Part shown: positions 1 through 12,813 of the stretch, in pieces
How the letters are laid out: each line of letters starts with the position of its first letter
Numbering within the stretch: the stretch's first letter is position 1
Origin: Podarcis muralis
Lineage: Eukaryota
Assembly: GCF_964188315.1 (NCBI RefSeq)
Contig: NC_135667.1
Location: forward strand, 25,854,001-25,918,000
DNA: 64,000 nt
Direction: 5' to 3'
Translations under genes and position numbers: made by a program
The notes under the pieces: model-generated
The model's input: only the letters and a program-made list of their open reading frames with translations
What the model was told of the DNA's origin: nothing
The model's database searches: none

Positions 1-208
1 ACAAGTTTCCAAGGAAGTAGTACATAGGAGTATGAAGGTGATGATCAGAGATTACCAGAGTGATGATTATGATGTTTCCAACCACAGTCATAGTGTAGAT
101 GATTACGAACACCATGAAGAATGGAATTTGTAATTTGGGGTCATTTCCAAATCCCAGAAGGGTAAATGTGGTTATTGATGTCCCATTGCCTTTGTAAAAA
201 TTCTCCAT
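1..208 (-). CDS. Olfactory receptor, 5' part only (OR11A-like), truncated by window edge
   Basis: ATG at 208 reads MENFYKGNGTSITTFTLLGF...HLHTPMYYFLGNL. About 96% identical to 6213-6420 (8 mismatches in 208 nt, counted by eye). AG acceptor shortly upstream of the ATG. Confidence 0.9.
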   Translation of the reverse strand, partial: MENFYKGNGTSITTFTLLGFGNDPKLQIPFFMVFVIIYTMTVVGNIIIITLVISDHHLHTPMYYFLGNL

Positions 209-1836
209 AGCAATGGCCACTGAAATAAAATTTCCAAAATTATAGTGTCTTTAGGTCATTAGGTGTAATGTTTGAACTTTCATGAATTGCTGTTATTTTA
301 AAAAATCACTTCAAATAGAAATTGGAAGCATAATCTTAATGGAGTGATACATCTTTATGAAGCATGAAGCATGGGTATAGGTTGGACTGGAGAATCAGCT
401 GAAGATTGCAACTCACTTGTGAAACTTGTTTCACTTTGAGCAACTCATTTTCAGTATTCCCTAGATCAGAGAATATTTATTTATATTAGGCTATATATAC
501 TAAATAAATAACAAACTTTACAGTTAGAAGATAAACAATAAAATAATAATATTGTGCAACAAGTTGTGGATTGTGGGTCTGATTCTCTGGCTACAATCCA
601 GTAGGACTATGAAACATAGGCGCTCTAATGATTCTTATGTTTCATTCAGTACAATGTAAGGACAGTTCCCATTGAGCTACTCACTATAGTCACAGGACTG
701 GATACAGAGTATCTTAGCTGCATTAAACTCCCTTTGAAATATGAAAGATTTCAGTCAGGACTAGCATGTCCCATTTATTTTACTGGGACCAAAGTTCATC
801 TAACATAGCTTGAATCTATCTCAAAAATTATTACCTACTGAAGCTTCATTCACATATACTTTCCACAATATGGAAGAAGTTCAATGTCATATGCTCCTGC
901 ATTGCAAAGCAGGAGTGAGGTGAAGCTAATGGTTTCTGATTCCCAATTGTTTAGTAATGACATCAACATTAAACTCACCATCTCAGAGGTAGAAAATTTA
1001 ATATAACCTTGACCATTGCATTAATGGACTGTAAACTCCTTTTATTTCTGGTACTGAAAACAGCTTAGATTTGTTCCTCCATTCTGTCTGTATGGCATTT
1101 ACAGCTAGCTGTGTTTGGTAAATTCTGGGGTTCTATTAAGAATAGACGTAGATCTTGAAAGCCTGAAGTCTGCCCACTCTTTGTGTAAAGGTAACAGTCA
1201 TAACCACAGAGGAAGGGCTGTTTACAAGGGTATTTTCTCCTGAATGACACCCTCCCTCTCAATAACAGTGATAAGGTCTGAGAAAAATAATAACAATTTA
1301 CCTTTCCTCTTTACCACCAGGCAGAATAGCTTAGTGATTTATTTCCTCAGCAGTGATGGCCACATTAAGCTTGTGTTGCCACTTCCACACAACTGCAACT
1401 CATGCTAACATGTTTTACATGAAGAGGGTTTAAAAGGTGGTGAATGGCCACAAGGGATTAGTATGAAGAAAAACCTCTTGAGTTTTCTAAGGACTATGCT
1501 TAAATTGTTCTTCTGTGGGGAAAGTGCTACTCTAATTATGCCTGTGCTGATGGGTGCTGTGAAAGCATGGCAACGAGATAGGAATCTTCAGAACTTTATG
1601 TACTTAGATGGCTAAACTTAGTTTGAGCCATCATAATTTGATGGATACATGGTACCAAGTGGTGGGATGGAACATTGATTGGATGGCATTGTGGCCAGGT
1701 TGGATTCAGGGGTTTGTAAGAGGTCTATCAGAGTCAGGCAAGGGCATACTACAGTTAAGATAGGCTGTTTAGGTAGGGACAGGAGCAAACTGGTAGTAAA
1801 TCAGATTGTGCAAGTTGGAGTTAGCACAACCTGTAT

Positions 1837-2550
1837 ATGATGATGATGATGATGACGATGATATAATTATTTATTTCTTATACCCCACCCCTCTGACTGG
1901 GTTATCCCAGCCACCCTGGGCAGCTTTCAGCAAAAATACAGGGGGGAGGGCGGAATCAAACAGTAAAAGCTTTCCGAAACAGAGCTGTCTTCAGATGTCT
2001 ATCAAAAGTTATATAGTAGTTTTAACTCTGACATCTGACAGGAGAGCATTCCGCAGGCCTTCTGCCTTGTTCCCTGTAATTTCCCTGTAATTTCAATTCT
2101 CGCAAGGAGGCCCTTGGAGCTGGACCTTGGAGCTGCCTGCTTTGAACAATGGGATGGAGCTGTTCCTTCAAGTATGCAGGGTCAAAGCTGTTTAGGGCTT
2201 TAACGGTCAAAACCAATACCTTGAATTGTGCTTGGAAACATACTGGGAGGCAATGTAGATCTTTTAGGACCAGTGTTATATGGGAGTGGTGGCCACTCCC
2301 AGTCAGTAGTCTAGCAACCACATTCTGGATTAATTGCAGTTTCTGAGTCACCATCAAAGGTAGCCCCACAATTGGGAGATAATCAGAGCATGCACCACTC
2401 TGGAGAGGCAGTGGGCAGGAAGGTAGGGTCTCAGCCAGCATACCAGATGAAGTTGGTAGATAGCTGCCCTGGGCACAGAGTTGACCTGCACCTCCATAGA
2501 TAGCTGTGAGTCCAAAATGATATCCAGGCTGTGCACCTGGTCCTTTAGGG
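1837..2550 (-). mobile_element. 5'-truncated L2 LINE 3' end with (GAT)n/A-rich tail
   Basis: Translated LPIVGLPLMVTQKLQLIQNVVARLLTG...FKVLVLTVKAL matches the L2 RT C-terminus seen at 12971-14449 and 46359-46847. Frameshifted. Confidence 0.85.
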
Positions 2551-2574
2551 GTCATGGGATTTTTGTCGGTCACA

Positions 2575-2963
2575 TGACGGTGTATGTTTTGACTCCACAG
2601 AGTGGGAAGTGACAGAGACAGGATGTTTGTGTTACTGTGTTCCGTGAAGTGGGACTATTATCCTTTGTTCTTTCTCTTTGCTGTCTGATGCTAGAGAGAG
2701 AGGGAGCCATTTTGCAGTGCTCCGTGTGTGTTTATATGTAAATAGATTAGCCAAAATGCTGAGTTGCTGAGGTCTGTTACGCAAGCTGTAAAGACTCTGC
2801 GGATTCCCTAAGTGTTCCAATATCTGTTGGCATCGGTCACTGTCATGTTCGGGCTGAAGAAAGCTTTTGAAGCTCTTGAACGATTGACCAGGAGGGAGAG
2901 AACATGCTAGTTGGGCATGTGTCTCTGCCAGGGTCCTACTTGAGTGTAGGACGAGCTCCTGAC
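2575..2963 (+). mobile_element. Probable LTR fragment (Gypsy-type 3' end CCTGACA)
   Basis: Ends in ...gagctcctgaca, the same terminus as the LTRs at 52221 and 60351. Absent from the paralogous duplicate. 5' end and TSD not found. Confidence 0.35.
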
Positions 2964-3016
2964 AGGGAGTCCCTCACACCTGCATGTCTCCTATCCCCCA
3001 GAAACAGTATCCCTGT

Positions 3017-3070
3017 CTTAGAATCATAGAGTTGGAATAGACCACAAGGGCCATCGAGTCCAACCCCCTG
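3017..3070 (-). mobile_element. CR1-type LINE/SINE 3' tip
   Basis: agaatcatagagttggaatagaccacaagggccatcgagtccaacccc is the reverse complement of the typical squamate CR1 tail, as at 10584. Confidence 0.6.
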
Positions 3071-3074
3071 CCAA

Positions 3075-3870
3075 CCCCCTGTCTTGTTGTGATTCAATTT
3101 TGATCCATTAACTGCCAGACTTGCCAGAGTGTCAGGCCTAATATGCACAGCAGCTCATCCCTACAGGTCTTGTCCCATGAATCAGTTGCCAAGACTGAAA
3201 GTCTCGCCACAGCCATCTAAGTTCCCTCCTCTCCAGGGATTTTTCCAAGCAATCAGAGCCTGAGCCTGTGTGAAGCCAACATCTTCTACACCCTATTCAT
3301 ACCTCTACTCATTCTGGGAGACTAGCAGGGAGAGGAGCTTGTCACAGCAGGAGGGGGAGACACCCATGACCATGCACAAGCCTGATTCATCTCTGCCTCT
3401 TGGCCTCTGTCCTCCCCTGCTGCACTTCCCGAGCTTTGAGCCTTCTTCCCTTGGTGGTTCTCCAGCTAGTTCCTCCCATTCTCTGTGCCCAACCAGTCCA
3501 TGGCAGGTAGAAAGATGAAAAAGTTGGCTGAATGCCATAGAGATGGAGCCCCTCACCTTTCATCAGGAAGTACATTCAATAACATCAGTGCATTCCATAA
3601 CACCAGTGCTACCAACTGAAAAATCTTGATGAGTTCAAAGAAATGTTGAAGAACATTGCGGGGGGGGGGGGGATAGTACCTTGCAGCACCCCAATGCTGA
3701 TCTTCTGATCTACAGTATGTGCAAACATATTTTTGTGGTAACTTTAGCTTCCCCACATCTGGCATCATGGTGTCATGCTTCCCATGCCATGGAAGTGGAA
3801 GTGGTGGGCCAAATGAAGACACTTTTTAGGCTGAAATCATGTTATAAAGAAAACACTGGAAGGAACTGAT
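3075..3870 (-). mobile_element. Ancient degraded L2 RT relic (predates the duplication)
   Basis: Minus-strand remnants QGTI..AMFFNISLNS (~GVPQGSILSPMLFNIYM) and AVNGSKLNHNKT (~LKLNPDKTE). Also present in the duplicate at about 8850-9215. Confidence 0.5.
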
Positions 3871-4123
3871 ACATACTGATACTATTATAGCGATGCAGAT
3901 CCCGTTTCAGCTCAAGAACCACATTCCCTTCTAAGCTTCACAAATGATCTTTTGCTATGGGGGTTCAGCTATGAAACCCAATGAGAGATCTTACAGTTTG
4001 ACCCACTTGCAAGCCAGGCTTCACAGAAGATGATTACATAGTGCTGGTTTCCCAAAACATCATATAAGGACAAACGTGACTCAAAGGTTCACCACTTGCA
4101 AAGCGTCATCTGATTCAGTTGAT

Positions 4124-4440
4124 TGATTGATTAAATTTATATACCAGCCTTTATGCAAAGATCACAGGGTGGTTCAGAACATAAAAATACAAAATGTGAG
4201 CACAAAATACATAATAAAACAAATGAAAACAAACTAATAACCCCACTCCCACAAACACATTTAAAAGGACATAGACTGTTAGTCAAAGACCTAGTTATAG
4301 AGAAGTCTTTTGCCTGATGTTTAAAGCTATATAGTACAGGCACTAGGCAAGTCTCCTTGGTGAAAGAATTCCAAAAAGAGGGAACAACCACAGAAAAGGC
4401 CCATTCTTGTGTTGTCACCTTCTGGACCTCTCATGGATGA
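4124..4440 (-). mobile_element. Old L2 3' fragment
   Basis: ORF 4137-4418 QEWAFSVVVPSFWNSF matches L2 RAFSVAAPxLWNxL; (GATT)n tail. Confidence 0.7.
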
Positions 4441-5472
4441 TGGAGTGATACCTCTTTATGAAGAATGGATATAGTTTATAGTTTATAGTGTAATATCCAC
4501 TGAATATTACAACGTAGTTCTGAAACTCAATAGCTCCTAGAACAGAGAATATTTATTGATGGCAAGCAATGTGTGCTAAAAAAGGAAGGGGGGCCTGCCA
4601 AATCAATAGATTCAGTAAAGGGTTAGAATTTGAGCAAACTCATAAATACAAGAATTTTGCAAGGGCTGGAAAGAACACCAGTTAGCTTCCTCATGAGTAG
4701 AGTTGCCACCTTTGTTCTGGCAAAATACAGACCAGGATTGGGTAGTGATTTCCCCACCCACCCACCCACCCGATGCTGGAATGACTTCAAAGCAATCCAT
4801 TACAATGACATACATGGTTTACCGTGTTTTATTCAATGGAAAAACATAGCAAAAGCACTGTTTACAAGTATAAGAAAAATATTGCATATTGCATGTATAG
4901 CTTGGCTTGTAATGCTAGCTGGTTTGACACAAACCAGGATGAAACATCACAATGACGATGTATATCCCAATTCAGTGGAAACTATCAGGAAATGTTCCAA
5001 CAATGATATTGAAAGGAAACAAAAGCAAAAAACCTATTTGTTTTGGCTGAAGGTTTTAGTCAGAATGTCACTTTGTGTTGAGTCAATAATCTCTCCCTCT
5101 CTCTCCTTGGCCCACCATGAGGATATTTTGTCAATCCTTGCCACATTAAACAAATAATTCAGTGGAAATTGACACAGGACAGATGAAAGTTGACTGAAAT
5201 TAGATCATCACTTTTTATCAGTTCCTCAGAGCACCAGTTCTGAATATCAGCACAACCATTCCCCATCGCAGAGAAGATCCTCTCCATGCCCCCTAGAATA
5301 CTCAGAATGTCAGAAACAGCATAGTAGGTAGATCAGATGTCTTAAAATACAACCACCCATCTTGCACCCACTCCTTTTCTCTTGGCTGGGAGCAGAGCAA
5401 GTATGAGCTCCTCTGCGGGAGCCTGCCCATTCACAAGGTCATTTTAAGGCATATTTTGGCTAATAGTGCAAA

Positions 5473-6420
5473 TTATGTCAAAACCCTGCATTTGCTTATG
5501 ATTCTCCTTAAAGCTTCTTTCACCTCTTTGTTCCTCAGGCTGTAGATAAGGGGATTGATTAGAGGGGTTAAGACTGTGTAGAAGACTGAAAAGATTTTGT
5601 CCACTTCCCACAGAGCTTCCTTTTTTGGGAGCACATATACAAATATTAATGATCCATAAAATATAGAAACCACAATAAGGTGGGAAGAACAGGTTGAAAA
5701 TGCCTTTTTCCTCCCTGTTGAAGATGGGATCCGTAAGATGGTGGCTATTATACACACATAAGACATCAGCGTTAGGAGACAAGACGGAATAGCATCTATG
5801 ACTGAGACTATGAGACCCACCAGTGCCACCATAGTGGTGTCACTGCAAGAGAGATTAATCACTGGTGCCAATTCACAAAAGAAATGATCAATTTCACTGG
5901 GACCACAGTAATATAGTTGTGACATTAAACTTACTACTATTGTCATAACTGTAATCCCACATAGCCAGGACCCAGCCGACAAGAGAAAGCAGAGTTTCCC
6001 ATCCATAAGAGTGGCATAGTGGAGGGGCTTACATATGGCTAAATAGCGATCGTAGGACATGGCAGCCAACAGGTAGCATTCAGCAATTGCTAGGGTCCCA
6101 AACCAAAAAAACTGTGCAAAGCAGCCACCAATAGATATAGTTCTATCCCCTGTCAGGAAGCTGGCTAACATCCTGGGGAGGACAGTTGAAGTGTAGCAGG
6201 TCTCCAAGCAGGACAAGTTTCCAAGGAAGTAGTACATAGGAGTATGAAGGTGATGATCAGAGATTACCAGAGTGATGATTATGATGTTTCCAACCACAGT
6301 CACAGTGTAGATGAATACAAACACCATGAAGAATGGAATTTGTAGTTTAGGGTCATTTCCAAATCCCAGAAGGGTAAATGTGGTTATTGGTGTTCCATTG
6401 CCTTTGTCAAAATTCTCCAT
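5473..6420 (-). CDS. Intact olfactory receptor, OR11A-like family, 315 aa
   Basis: Motifs LHTPMYYFL, MSYDRYLAIC, HFFCE, KAFSTCSSHL, PLIYSLRN. True start taken at MENFD (6420), which aligns with the paralog ATG at 208. Confidence 0.95.
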   Translation of the reverse strand: MENFDKGNGTPITTFTLLGFGNDPKLQIPFFMVFVFIYTVTVVGNIIIITLVISDHHLHTPMYYFLGNLSCLETCYTSTVLPRMLASFLTGDRTISIGGCFAQFFWFGTLAIAECYLLAAMSYDRYLAICKPLHYATLMDGKLCFLLSAGSWLCGITVMTIVVSLMSQLYYCGPSEIDHFFCELAPVINLSCSDTTMVALVGLIVSVIDAIPSCLLTLMSYVCIIATILRIPSSTGRKKAFSTCSSHLIVVSIFYGSLIFVYVLPKKEALWEVDKIFSVFYTVLTPLINPLIYSLRNKEVKEALRRIISKCRVLT

Positions 6421-8849
6421 AGCTTTGGAATTGAAATTAAAATGCTTAATTTCTAGTATCTTTAAGTGTAAATTGCCAACGTTCAAGTATTACTAGAATT
6501 TTTTTTATCACTTCAGATATGCAAGTATTTCTCCTATGGTTAGTCTTGATGCAGTGGTATATCATTATGAGCAATGAATCATGGATATAGTTTGGACCGG
6601 AGAATCAGCTGAAGATTTTGACTTAGTTGTGAAGCTCCTTATTTCACCTTTAGCAACTTGTTAGCAGCATTTCCCATATCAGAGAATATTTTTTGATGGC
6701 AGGCTATATATACTAAATAAACAACATACTTTATATTTAGAAGATGAAACAATATCATAAAAATATTGTGCTGCAAATTTTTATGTGTGATCTAGCTCTC
6801 TGACTCCAAGCAGGACTATGCCGCATACGAACTCTTCTGCATTCACTGCAATGGAAAGAACAGTTGTCAGTGTGCCACCCATTATATTCATAGCATTGGA
6901 TACAGAGTAATTTAGCTGCATTAGACTCCCTTTGTCATAAAGGAGCGATTTCGGTCAAAGCTAGCATGTTCCATTGATTTTAGTCGGGCTAAAATTCAAC
7001 CAAAATAACTTGTATCTCCCTGAGGCTTCATTCACATACACTTTTAACCATATGGAGGAGCTTCTATGTGATATGCTCCTAGGTTGCAGAACATGGGTGA
7101 GCAAATGGTAATGGTTTCTGTTTCCACATTATTTAGTAATTCATCAATATTAAATTCACCTGCCAAGCAGTAGAAAATTTCAGTCAACCTGACTTTTGCA
7201 TGAATTCATTTCATTGCTGGTACTGAAAATAGCTTAGAATTGCTATTCTACTTTATGTGCATGGTGGCTGGTAAATTTTGGGGCTCTATTGAAAACAATC
7301 AGTAGATCTTAAAAGCCTGGCATCTGCCCACCCTTTGTGGAAAGTACTGATTACAAGGGTCTTTCCTCCTAACTGGCACCCTCGATCTCAACAGATTTAG
7401 AAATTTGTAGGGAAGGTGTATGTTATGGACCTGATGTGCATGTTCTTACAGTTCTTTCAACCACTTTGCACCCTACATGGAAGCAGAAGAACATCAGATC
7501 CTGCAGATGTTTTGAGCTGAGCAATCTATCATTTAGAAGTGATAGATAAGTAATTGCATGGAGAACAAATGTAAGAAGTCTAAAAATTATAGCATATTGA
7601 ATTAAACTAAATAAAATTGGCCTTCTGCAGTGGATCCCTGAATGATCACTGGTCCTCCAAAACATTTCTAGTTCATTTATCAATGTCCAATATAGTTCTC
7701 ATGAAAATATTGTGCAATGTGACATTTGAGACCAATTTGGGTGTTTCTCTAAAGGAGAAATGTCTGAAGAATTTCAAGCAAAATCTAAGAAACAACAACC
7801 CAGAAACAAAATCTCTATGACATGTAATGTGAAAATGTGAGATCCATGAGAGTGTCATTAAGAAAATACAACTGGTGTACTAATGTTCTATGGGCTACAC
7901 CTCAACACAGGCATGGTTAAGCTCACTGAAATCAGTGTTCATCTCTGTGTTGTCAAAGGTAGAAACCATACACCAACTTTCTTGAGAGTGTCATTCAACT
8001 TAATGAGACTTAGTTCTGAGTAGGCATGTATAGGTCTCTATTGTAAATCTTTAGCAAATAATGGAAACAATGGCTAGGTTTTTGCATCACAGAGGAAAGA
8101 CAATTGGAACACTGACAGAAAGACACAGAGAGATATAGAAGATCTCCCCTTTGAGTCATTTGCTTTTCTAGCATTGTTCTGTAAGGAATGTCAAATCTTA
8201 AGTCATCTAGTGAAAAACAGAGATAGGATCTGAGAATAAAAAAGCTACCTTTCCTCTTGACCATCAGATGGAACGAAGGCAGAAAAATTTAATGATTCAT
8301 TTCCTCAGCTGTGATGACCACATTACGCTTTTCTTGCATGTCTTACATGACTGCATCTCACGCTAACATGTTTTGCATGAAGAGGGATTAAAAGGTGGGG
8401 AATGGGCACAAGGGATTTAAATGAAAAACAACCTCTTGAGTTTTCAAGAACTGTGATTAAATTGCTCTTCTGGGGGGAAAGTACACATTCCCTTTGTAAA
8501 CAGATGATGCAACTCTAATTATGACTGTGCCAGTGGGTTCTGTGAAAGTGTGGCAATGAGACAGGAATCATAAATCCTCATAACTTTATGTGCATGGAGG
8601 GCTAAACCAAATTAGATCCATCATAGTTTGATGAATATTTGGTGTCAAGTGATGGCATGGAACATCTATTGGACAGCACTGTGGCCAAGTTGGAGTCTGT
8701 GGTTTGTAAGAAGTCTATCACAGTCAGCCAAGGGGAATCCTCATCCCCATCCTCATTTAAAGTATATAAATTGTGCAATTTTAGAGTTCTAAAACCAGTA
8801 ACTCAAATAGTAAAATGCAAACATCCATAAATATAACATAACATCAAAC

Positions 8850-9215
8850 TACAAAACAGTTGAGATAGGCAGCTCAGGCAGAGAGATCAAAAAGCTGGCA
8901 AAATGCCAATAGACATGGAGTGTCCCATATTTCAGCAGGAAGGGCATGCCATAACATTTCAATGACTTCATAGAAATGTTGAAGAGTATTGAGGGAAGAA
9001 TAGTGCCTTGCAGCACCTCACTGTCAATCTGCTGATTGGAGGTACCTGCAAACACATTTTTGGCCCAATGGTTTCTTTAGTTTCCCCAGATCTGGCATCA
9101 TGATATCATATTTGCCAAGCCATGGAAGTTGGAATGGTGGGCCAAATGAAGAGGTATTTTGGGGCTGGAGGTTCTTCAACTCATGTTATAAAGAAAACAC
9201 TTGAAGGAAACTGAC
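8850..9215 (-). mobile_element. Ancient L2 RT relic (duplicate of the 3530-3870 part)
   Basis: ORF 8849-9055 contains VLQGTILPSILFNISMKSL, similar to L2 VPQGSILSPMLFNIYMKPL. Confidence 0.55.
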
Positions 9216-10583
9216 CACATCCTCAAAGATGCCATCTAGTATAGAGGTGGGGAACCTTTTTCCAGTCCATGGGCCACATTCCCTTTTAAGCCCTTCATGA
9301 CCACAATACATTAGGGACCACCTCTCTCCATATGAAACTTTCCAGACCCTGAAAGGGGAGAGTTAGCAGACAGGAGACAGGAGAGGTGGCAGGGTGAAGG
9401 GTATTTAGACTCATTTTAAAAAAATTCAAAACTTTACTTGCAGAACTTTCCTCAAAGCAGAACAAAAACCAGTAAATGATACATCCAAACAGTTCCATAA
9501 GACATAGGCTCAGCATCTTAGAAATAAATAAAATAAAATAAAATAAAAACATTAGAGCTGACAAGCATAGCTCTCTCTTATAGAGGCTACATTAGCCCCT
9601 AAGTCTGTTGAGTTCCTGGAAGACACCTCACTCTCACAGAGCCTGAGAACAATGTCTCAGCTGCCACCCTACCAAGGTGGTGAATTTGCAATTAATTTGC
9701 AATCTAGGGTTAGTCACTCACATGATTGCTGCTGGAGAACAACAGTTAATTATGAACCTATCAAGGAGCTCAGAGAGCTCTTTTTGCTGTTCTTATAGCT
9801 TCAATGGAATCTTCCAGTGAAATCCTTTCAGTAATACACATCACCGTTCTTCATTTCAGTGCCAATTAAACAATTATACTTAACAAAGAGTCAACAGGAC
9901 TGTAGATAAAAGGCATTTGCCCAGGAAGGAAGGCATGAAACCAGGACTGAGGTGGAATTTTTATTAATTCAAGACATCAAGCCATTTGCAACCAGTGCAA
10001 CTTTAACCTTTTTCTGCTTCCAGCAGTCCTTTCTAACTTGGTGGAAGAGGAGGGATAGACTCCGTCTGTCTCATCTCATGAGTGACATCAGATGGCCACA
10101 GGCCCAGGACAAAGCACTTGACTGGTGCGGTAATGACAGACTGGAAACTAAATAAGAGGGTTCAAAATGTATTTCATACAGAATGTGAAATATATTACCG
10201 TAGTTTCACCTTCAACCATGATTAGAGAGTAAATTTATGAAGAAAATATCCTAAATTTAGATCACACCAGTTTGCATAAAAATTGCCCATTAGAGTTATA
10301 TTCCGGCCTTACCATTATAAAATATAACATTTTGGGGAAATGATACAGGCAAGTGATCAGGAATGTTTCAGATGAAAATGACATAGCTCCATTTGTTCCC
10401 AGTATAACTCTATAGCAATTAATAATGCAAAAAAGTCATGTGGTTTCATTTCATCTCCTTAATCAGGCCTTCATATTATTATAAAACATGTGTGTTGGGG
10501 TGGGGAGTCCTGATCCAAACATTGAACCAAGGGGTGTGACCTGATGGCACTCAGTTCTATTTCTCCATGCTCTTTGAATCAGA

Positions 10584-11220
10584 AGAATTGTAGGATTGTA
10601 GAGTTGGAAGAGACTTCAAGGGTCATTACTGCAACCCACTGCAATGTAGGAATCTCAGCTAAATCATTCTTGGCAGATGGCCTCCCACCTCTGCTTAAAA
10701 ATCTCCAATGAAAGACAGTCCACCACCTTCTTAGGGAGTTTGTTCCACTGTCAAACAGCTCTTACCACCAGAAAGTTCTTCCTGGTGTTTAGTTGGAATC
10801 TCCTTTCTTGTAACTAGAAGCCATTGGTCTGGGTCCTAACCTCTGAAGCAGAAGAAAACAAGCTTGCTCCATCTTCTATCTTCTCTGTGCTTCTTAAATT
10901 GTGGCACCCAGAACTGGATACAGTTCTCCAGATGTGGTCTGACCAAGCAGAAGAGAGTGGTACTACTACTTCCCTTGATTGGGACACTATACTCCTGTTG
11001 ATTCAGCCTAGAATAGCATTAGGGTTTGTTGCTGCTACATTATACTATTGACTCATGTTAAGCTTGTGGTCTATTAAGACCCCTAGACTCCTAGGTCCTG
11101 GCAATCCAGGTGTCCCACATCTTATATTTGTGAAGCTAGTTTTTCCTGCCTAAGTATAGAACCTTACATTTGTTCCTGTTGAAATTCATTTTGTTAGTTT
11201 GGGGGCAGTTCTCCAATTCT
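10584..11220 (-). mobile_element. CR1 LINE 3' fragment
   Basis: Begins with the reverse CR1 tail (agaattgtaggattgtagagttggaagagac), followed by typical CR1 ORF2 3' sequence (cccagaactggatacagttctccag). Internally deleted. Confidence 0.75.
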
Positions 11221-11827
11221 CCAAAATATTATCATTATTATCAACATTAGCATTATCATAATTGCTGGTGAGTGTTTGGTGCTGTACAAATGCTGAAAAT
11301 GTCATAGTAAGGCTTCATGGCAGGGGCACACATTCTGTGGTTGACCTCAGTTACCAATATGTCTTGGGCCGGCGCTGCTACCTGCCTATTTCAACTTTGC
11401 AATTCTGGATGGCATCCCCTTGGGGATCATTTTGGATCACTGAGTTTGTGGCATGATACTAATGAGGTGTCACAGGAAAGGTCTTCGTATTGCCTATAGT
11501 GTCACTATGTATGAATATGCATCCAAAACAGAGAGAATAAAGTTCAAGATGTGATGATGAGTCAGCCACTGCCCATCATGACAGAATATCAGAATCTTTT
11601 TTTTTTAAAAAAAGTTAGTTCATCCAAAAGTTAGTTCTCATGGGTGTATGGCATTCTTTTTATTACTCATCCCCCAAATGCTACAAAGAGAACCCATGGA
11701 ACAAGAACCAAAGGGAGAGCCAAAGGAAACAACATCCACAGCACTTTCATAATATAACACTTGGCCAAAGCTACACTGTGCCATGGAAATCTTACCTGAA
11801 GTATATTGCTCCTTATTCTCCTCATTC

Positions 11828-11874
<47 letters not shown>

Positions 11875-11993
11875 TTTAGCTGCTCAGGGCGGCTAACACC
11901 AAATATAAATTACAATAAAACATAATAGAAAACAACAACAAGTAAGTAAAATACGGCTTAAAATACAGATTAAAATGCAGCCTCATTTTAGTA
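11828..11993 (-). mobile_element. (ATA)n tail plus very short L2 3' tip
   Basis: About 15 ATA units followed by gctcagggcggctaacacc, matching the 3' end of the L2 at 12848-12868. Confidence 0.6.
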
Positions 11994-12357
11994 AAAGGTA
12001 AAGGGACCCCTGACCATTAGGTCCAGTCGTGACCGACTCTGGGGTTGCGGCGCTCATCTCGCTCTATGGGCTGAGGGAGCCAGTGTTTGTCCGCAGACAG
12101 CTTCCGGGTCATGTGGTCAGCATGACTAAGCTGCTTCTGGCGAACCAGAGCAGTGCACGGAAACGCCGTTTACCTTCCCACCAGAGCGGTTCCTATTTAT
12201 CTACTTACACTTTGACGTGCTTTCGAACTGCTAGGTTGGCAGGAGCTGGGACCGAGCAACGGGAGCTCACCCCGTCGCGGGGATTTGAACTGCCGACCTT
12301 CTGATCGGCAAGTCCTCGGCTCTGTGGTTTAACCCACAGCACCACCTGCGTCCCCTG
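11994..12357 (-). mobile_element. Full-length Sauria SINE with 12-bp TSD
   Basis: tRNA-derived head, BovB-like body and ACCTTT tail. TSD ctcattttagta at 11982-11993 and 12358-12369. Confidence 0.92.
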
Positions 12358-12759
12358 CTCATTTTAGTAGTAGCCCATAAATCAAGACCATAAAGAGAGG
12401 AAACATCAGATATTCACCCGAGCCTGCTATCCACATGGGCCAGCAAAAAAGCCAAGGGAAAATTTATATACCAAATCCCATATAAGGGGTCAGAGTGAGT
12501 CTAAGCCAAAGGCCAGGCCAAAAGTTGTTTGGAGGAAGCCCATGACTCCCAACTGAGTCAATGTGGATGTTTAATGGAAATACATTTAAAGTGTTGTATT
12601 TTAAAAAATAAAATACATTATACGCCTTCATTACACACCTTTAGGCACCAGGCAAGAGCATTCCTTTTTAACCAGGCCTTTGGTTGATCTTATTGACACC
12701 CAACACCCTTTTAGAATGTGGCTTTTTTTTGGGGGGGGAGGGTTATTGGGTTAAAGCTC

Positions 12760-12813
<54 letters not shown>

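Larger units (their letters stand above)
1..3870. repeat. Copy 1 of a tandem segmental duplication (copy 2 about 6213-9215)
   Basis: Colinear matches: 1~6213, 371~6581, 1291~8249, 3530~8901. Copy 1 carries extra insertions at about 1840-3070; copy 2 has extra sequence at about 7400-8200. Confidence 0.85.

Noticed and set aside
4630-5157. 175-aa ORF
   Set aside because: Non-ATG start, no motifs and no splice context; most likely chance.
6421-6486. N-terminal extension of the OR ORF (similarly 49041-49058 and 41907-42011)
   Set aside because: Extends into intron or UTR. The paralog alignment, acceptor AG or signal peptide points to the downstream ATG.
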